Of a DNA stretch of 24,000 nucleotides, positions 18,601-24,000 are shown one piece after another. Origin of the DNA: Mycoplasmopsis equigenitalium (GTDB lineage Bacteria > Bacillota_I > Bacilli_A > Mycoplasmatales > Metamycoplasmataceae). The notes under the pieces were generated by a model. It saw nothing but the letters and a program-made list of their open reading frames with translations. It was not told where the DNA came from and did no database searches. The stretch is from the NCBI RefSeq assembly GCF_024498255.1, contig NZ_CP101808.1, positions 423,345 to 447,344 of the forward strand. The letters run 5' to 3'. Made by a program: the position numbers and the translations under genes. How positions within the stretch are numbered: position 1 is the stretch's first letter; each line of letters starts with the position of its first letter.

Positions 18601-21600
18601 AACACTAACCATAAGTGAAGAAAAAGATTTTGATGGTTATAAACTAGTAACAATTAATGTCACTTGTGGTGATGTACCAAATGTTGCCAGCGCAACAAAA
18701 GAAATTAAAGTTGTTGGATTCAAAACCCAAGCAACATACGATAAAGAACAAGCGGATAAAGCAGATATCGCTACAGTTGCTGCTGCAAAAAGTCAATTAC
18801 AAGCAATTATCAATAACCAAGTAACAATTAATAACAAAGATTACCTACCAGAAGCAGTTACATATGTAACTCTTAGTGAATTTGATGAAGATATTGCTTT
18901 TGACATTAATTCATTAATGGTTAATGGGCTAAAAATTGAATTAGAAAGTTCAAGATCAAATAATGATTTAGGAACAAAAGAAATTGAATTATTAATTAGT
19001 AAAGGTGTTGGCAGCGATACGATTACACTTACTGTTTCAGAATATTTAACGACAGCCAAAAATGATGAAAACAAAGTTAATGAATTGATTAACTTATTAC
19101 CTTCAAGTGTTAAAACACTAACTAACAAAGGTAAAATACCTAGTGCAGTGAATTACAATAACGAGTTAGCAAAATTAGATGCTGACACAGGTTTAAACTT
19201 AGTTAATAAAGCGGTGGATGGCATAAGTATTATAATTACCAGTGATACAGAAGATGCTGCTGCTGGTCAAAAAAATCTTGTTCTAACAATTACTAAAGAC
19301 GCAACAACTAAAACTCATAATTTAACTATTAGTGGTTTTAAAACAACTAAACAAGTTGAAGATGAAAACACTGTAAATCAGGTACTTGGTTTAATTCAAA
19401 ATGAATACGTAACAAAAACTCATACCCAAGTTCAAGCAAAAGATGTAAATTATGAAAGAAACTTTACAACATTCGCTAACGATACCGATACAACTTTATT
19501 AAGTTATCTATCCGTTCCTTATTTAGTAACAATTAACATTATCAACACTGAAGAAAATCACGATGGTTTTAAAAATATAACTTTACAAGTTACTAAAGGT
19601 GACACAGTTAAAGAAAAACAAATAAAAGTAACTGGTTACGCAACACAAAAAGATATTAATACAAAATTAGTGACCTGAGCTAAGAGTCAATTACTTAACA
19701 CTTACACAAGCAATGGTAATGAAAATAAATTACCAAGCGCAGTAACATACTCAGAAATTCAAGACATTATAAACAACACTAATTTAGTTGTTGATAACCT
19801 TACAAGTAAAGGTGTAAAGGTTACAATTCAAACCCAACAAGATACAGAGTCGGGTACCAAAACAATTACGCTTAACTTAAGTGTTGGAAACGGCGCAGAC
19901 GAAGTAACTGATACCAAAGTAATTAAAATCGAAGGTTTTAAAACCAAAGCTAAAGACGATAATGAAAAAGCTGTTGAAAGTGCAAAAAATGCAATTCTTC
20001 AAGAATATTCAACAAAAAATACTGAAAAAATGGCAAATCACGATGATTTTACAAATGAAATTACGAAGTTAATTGCTAGTGTCGAAGATGCCGGCAACAC
20101 GCTTTCACCAGCAGGTGTTACTGTTAGATTAATTACCGAAACTAACCACGATGGTTACAAACTTGTTTCACTAGAATTAAGTAAAGGTAACGGCGAAGAT
20201 GCCGTAGTTGTTAAAAAAGAAAATATTAAGATTAATGGTTATATGGCTGCAGCTGCATATAATGAAAAACAAGTAGACAAAGCAATTGCAAAAATTAATC
20301 TTAATAAAGAAGATGTTACAAAATCACATCTAAATGAGTACATTAATGATCCATATAACAATGTGTTAGCGTCGCTTGATGCTGATACAACTTTCAACTT
20401 ACAAGGAATTGCTTCTGAAACTGGTACAACAATTACCTTTACAACAACCGACAATACTGATGGAACAAAGACAATTAATGTAAGAGTAACTCGAAATGCC
20501 ACAACACAAAACACAACTCTTAAAGTTACAGGCTTCCAAACCAAACAAGATTATGATGATTTGAACGCGGTTAATAGTTCAGTTGCAAAAATTAGTGCTA
20601 TCCAAGCAAATGACAGAACAACAACTTCACATAAAAATACATCATCATCAGGAGCTAAGTATTCTAATATTAATGAACTTGATACCGATATTACTTACGA
20701 TTTAAATTCAATCATAACAGCGGATGGAACAACAATTTCAATTGTAAAAGAAGAAAATAATGATGATAGAACTAAAATAGTTCATTTAAGAGTAACAAAA
20801 GGTAAAGCAAGCAAAGAAGTAAAATTAGAAGTTTTAGGATATCAAACAAAAGAATACGCTGATGCATATAATAAATTTATGATCGCTAAGTCAAAAGTTT
20901 CTAGAAATCAAACTATAACAAGATACAGTCATTTGCTTGCAAATCAAATACATTACTTTAATGGTGGTCCTACTCCAGTTGATCAACTTGATCTAGATAT
21001 TGTCAAACCTGTTGATAGAGTTAAATTTAGTGAAATTACCTCACAGTATAATGTTGAATTCTTTATAATTGAGGAAACTTCTTTTGCCGGGTTTAAAACA
21101 TTTAAAATTTCTATTACAGCAAAAGACCCTATACTTAAAAATATGTCAGATACTCTTGAAATAAGCGTCAATGGTTTTGCAACACATGATCAGCTTTTTG
21201 CAAAAGAAAATGCTGAGAAAGTTGAAAGAATTAGAGCATATATCGCGGCCAATAATAATCAAATAACTAAGAAATACAAAAATTCGACGATGGGTGAGGC
21301 ATTTAAAATTTACACTAAAGATGTTGAAAGTATTTACGAGATTGTAAAAGATACAGAACTAAAATTATATGATGAATTAAGAAAACCCGAAAACGCCAAT
21401 GTTAGTGTAAAAATAAATATGAATAACAGCAAGTATGGAACAAATCATGGTCAAATGTTTATGCTTATTTCATTCACAATTCAATGTTATGATGCACAAG
21501 CAACTGAAACAATTTCAGTTAGCGGATTCATGCCAGAATATGAAAAAGCAATTAATGAAGCGGTTAAGTCATTACCAACAACAGTATCAACCATTAACAA

Positions 21601-24000
21601 TAAAAGTAAACTTCCTTCTGCTACGAATTACTCTAATAATTTAACATTATTGGATGCTGATACAGGTTTAAATTTATCAACAAAACTTGCTAATTACTCA
21701 AGTTTATACAACATTACTTTTAGCGAAATTTCGAACAATGATGCCGCTGGTACAAAAGAGATCGAGATCACTTTTACAGACAATGACTATTACAATCACT
21801 ACACCAAAACTCATAGACTTACAATTACTGGTTTCACAACAACTAAACAAATCGAAGATGAAAAAACAGTAAATGAAGTAATTAATTTAATTGAAAATGA
21901 ATACGTAACAATTAACAATAAAGAAAAACAAGCAAAAGATGTAAATTACCACAGAAACTTTACAACCCTTGCTAATGACACCAACCCTGTATTGTTAAGT
22001 TACTTAGAAGCGCCTAAATCTGTCGAAATTAGTATCATCAACACTGAAGATAATCACGATGGTTTTAAAAATATAACTCTACAAGTTACTAAAGGCGACT
22101 CAGTTGAAGAAAAACAAATAAAAGTAACTGGTTACGCAACACAAAAAGATATCAACACAAAATTAGTAGCTTGAGCAAAAAATCAATTATTAGATACTTA
22201 CACAAGCAACGGTAACGAAAACAAATTACCAAATGCATTAACATACAACACAATCCAAGAAATTGTAAACAACACTAATTTAGTTGTTGATAACCTTACA
22301 AGTAAAGGTGTAAAGGTTACAATTCAAACCCAACAAGATACAGAGTCGGGTACCAAAACAATTGCGCTTAACTTAAGTGTTGGAAGTGGTGCAGACGAAG
22401 TAACTGATACCAAAGTAATTACAATCGAAGGCTTTAAAACCAAAGCTAAAGACGATAATGAAAAAGCTGTTGAAAGTGCGAAAAATGCAATTCTTCAAGA
22501 ATATTCAACAAAAAATACTGAAAAAATGGCAAATCAGGATGATTTTGCAAATGAAATTGCGAAGTTAATTGCTAGTGTCGAAGATGCTGGCAACACGCTT
22601 TCACCAGCAGGTGTCACTGTTAGATTAATTACCGAAACTAACCACGATGGTTACAAACTTGTTTCACTAGAACTAAGTAAAGGTAACGGCGAAGATGCCG
22701 TAGTTGTTAAAAAAGAAAATATTAAGATTAATAGTTATATGACCGCTGCTGCATATGATGCAAAACAAGTGGACAAAGCAATTGCAAAAATTAATCTTAA
22801 TAAAGAAGATGTTACAAAATCACATCTAAATGAGTACATTAATGATCCATATAACAATGTGTTAGCGTCGCTTGATGCTGATACAACTTTCAACTTACAA
22901 GGAATTGCTTCTGAAACTGGTACAACAATTACCTTTACAACAAGTGATAATCCTGATGGAACAAAGACAATTAATGTAAGTGTAAATCGGGGAGCTTCAA
23001 CACAAAACACAACTCTTAAAGTTACAGGATTCCAAACCAAACAAGATTATGATGATTTACAAGTTCTTGAAGCAGCATCTAACCTCTTTACCGACCAAGT
23101 TACAATCAACAATCAAGATATTCAAACATCACAAATTACATACCAAAATCTTCAAGATGTTGACGATGATACCCCACTTAATATTCAAGTAGATATTATT
23201 GAAGCTAAAGCACTTAAAGGTATCGAAGTTATTAACATCACTAACGAAGATGGATATAAACTTGTAAACCTTAGATTATTAAAAGGTAATGTAACAAAAG
23301 AAGTAAGTTTTAAAGTAACTGGCTTTAGAACAGCACTTCAAGTCCTAAACCACAATCAAGTTGCTGAAGCACTTGCTAAACTTGTTCATGGAACAGATAC
23401 AAATGTTAGTCACTCACTAACAAAAGATTATAAATATACAACTCAAAGTGATCCAATCACTACCCTTGATGCTGGTGTTAATGAAATGAACCTAGCAGAA
23501 ATCATTCAAACTCATGGTGTTAGTCTTGTAATAACAAATGAAGCAGATTTTGATGGTTATAAAGTCTTGACGATCAAGGTTTCACGTGGTAGTGGTCTTG
23601 ACCTAGCAACAACAACTAAGGAAATTAAAATTTCTGGTTTTAAAACCAACGCAATTCACGAACAAGAATTACGTGATGAAGCTAATCGTCAAGCCGTAGC
23701 ACAAGTTAAAACACAACTTCAAACAATCATTAACAATCGAGTTACAAAATTCAATAAGGATAAACTTCCAAGCACAGTGACTTATACTAACATCAATAAA
23801 CTTGATGAAGATATCGACTTTGATCTTCTAGCATTAATGACTGATGGCTTAACAATTCGTTTAGGAACAACTAGTCATAATGATGATGCCGGAAGCAAGA
23901 CAATTGAATTATTAATTGATAAAGGTGCAGGTAGTGATAAAGTTTCAATTGAAGTTACAGGTTATTTAACAACTACTCAAGATAATCTAAACAAGATCAA
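15632..24000 (+). CDS. Giant repetitive membrane-anchored surface protein (at least 2,789 aa, 3' partial) with about 27 tandem ~100-aa modules; candidate mycoplasma lipoprotein-associated (Lipoprotein_17-like) repeat domain
   Basis: ATG at 15632 after a GAAAGGA RBS. N terminus MSKKKKVILGLLLVAPLAAVAASTGVLYW is a signal/anchor with no lipobox Cys. UGA Trp codons at 15716, 19676 and 22172 join track ORFs 15986..19678 and 20030..22174 to the untracked 22175..24000 segment, which I hand-translated with no stops. The recurring module is a helical linker, then (K)LPSxVxY, DxDT, NDDxGTKxIxLxIxKG, and I(T/S)GF(K/Q)T. Confidence 0.85.
17515..18125 (+). repeat. Older, more diverged copy of the two-module block found at 19937-20562 and 22433-23058
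   Basis: AAAAAATGCAATTCTTCAAGAATATTCAACAAAAAATACTGAAAAAA is shared identically by all three copies. The offset from copy 1 to copy 2 is 2,427 bp, in frame. Protein similarity is about 55-60% by eye. Confidence 0.8.
19310..20562 (+). repeat. Super-repeat copy A (partner at 21806..23058, offset exactly 2,496 bp, in frame)
   Basis: The core 19771-20562 matches 22267-23058 with only scattered substitutions, roughly 95% by eye. The flanks 19310-19770 and 21806-22266 are about 80% similar. Confidence 0.9.
21806..23058 (+). repeat. Super-repeat copy B (partner of 19310..20562)
   Basis: Same as copy A. A long identical run, for example, is ACTAATTTAGTTGTTGATAACCTTACAAGTAAAGGTGTAAAGGTTACAATTCAAACCCAACAAGATACAGAGTCGGGTACCAAAACAATT. 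Confidence 0.9.

Noticed and set aside
16543-23040. Minus-strand ORFs inside the giant gene (16543..16848, 17902..18285, 17945..18127, 18841..19128, 20239..20544, 20983..21171, 22735..23040) and the out-of-frame plus-strand ORFs 21435..21644 and 21687..21872.
   Set aside because: They are shadow ORFs of a long A-rich coding frame. Some recur (20239..20544 and 22735..23040) only because the underlying DNA is duplicated.

Overview
AT-rich Mollicutes (Mycoplasma/Mycoplasmopsis-like) chromosome read with genetic code 4 (UGA = Trp). The six-frame track breaks nearly every real gene at TGA. Reading TGA as Trp restores full-length obg, nrdE, nrdF, a purine-type permease, a nuclease lipoprotein and one very large surface-protein gene. 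Positions 1-14,100 are mostly housekeeping. They hold a DUF1460-type lipoprotein, an 8-tRNA cluster, an EEP-nuclease lipoprotein followed by obg, divergent mraZ-rsmH, an orphan EIIA(Glc)-like gene, nrdFIE, rplJL and an NCS2/AzgA permease. Positions 14,390-24,000 are the accessory part. They hold a small protein built on a 21-bp (heptad) tandem repeat, tRNA-His, and a 530-bp AT-rich intergenic region with a poly(T)18 tract and a perfect palindrome over a candidate -10 box. After that comes a single open frame of at least 2,789 codons (15632 to beyond 24000). It encodes about 27 tandem ~100-aa modules arranged as mosaic super-repeats, including two roughly 95%-identical 0.8-kb blocks exactly 2,496 bp apart and in frame. 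No CRISPR array, IS element, transposase, integrase or rRNA was seen. The most interesting signal is this giant modular surface-protein locus, which has built-in substrates for recombination and slipped-strand variation. All family assignments are from reading motifs by eye and need HMM/BLAST confirmation.
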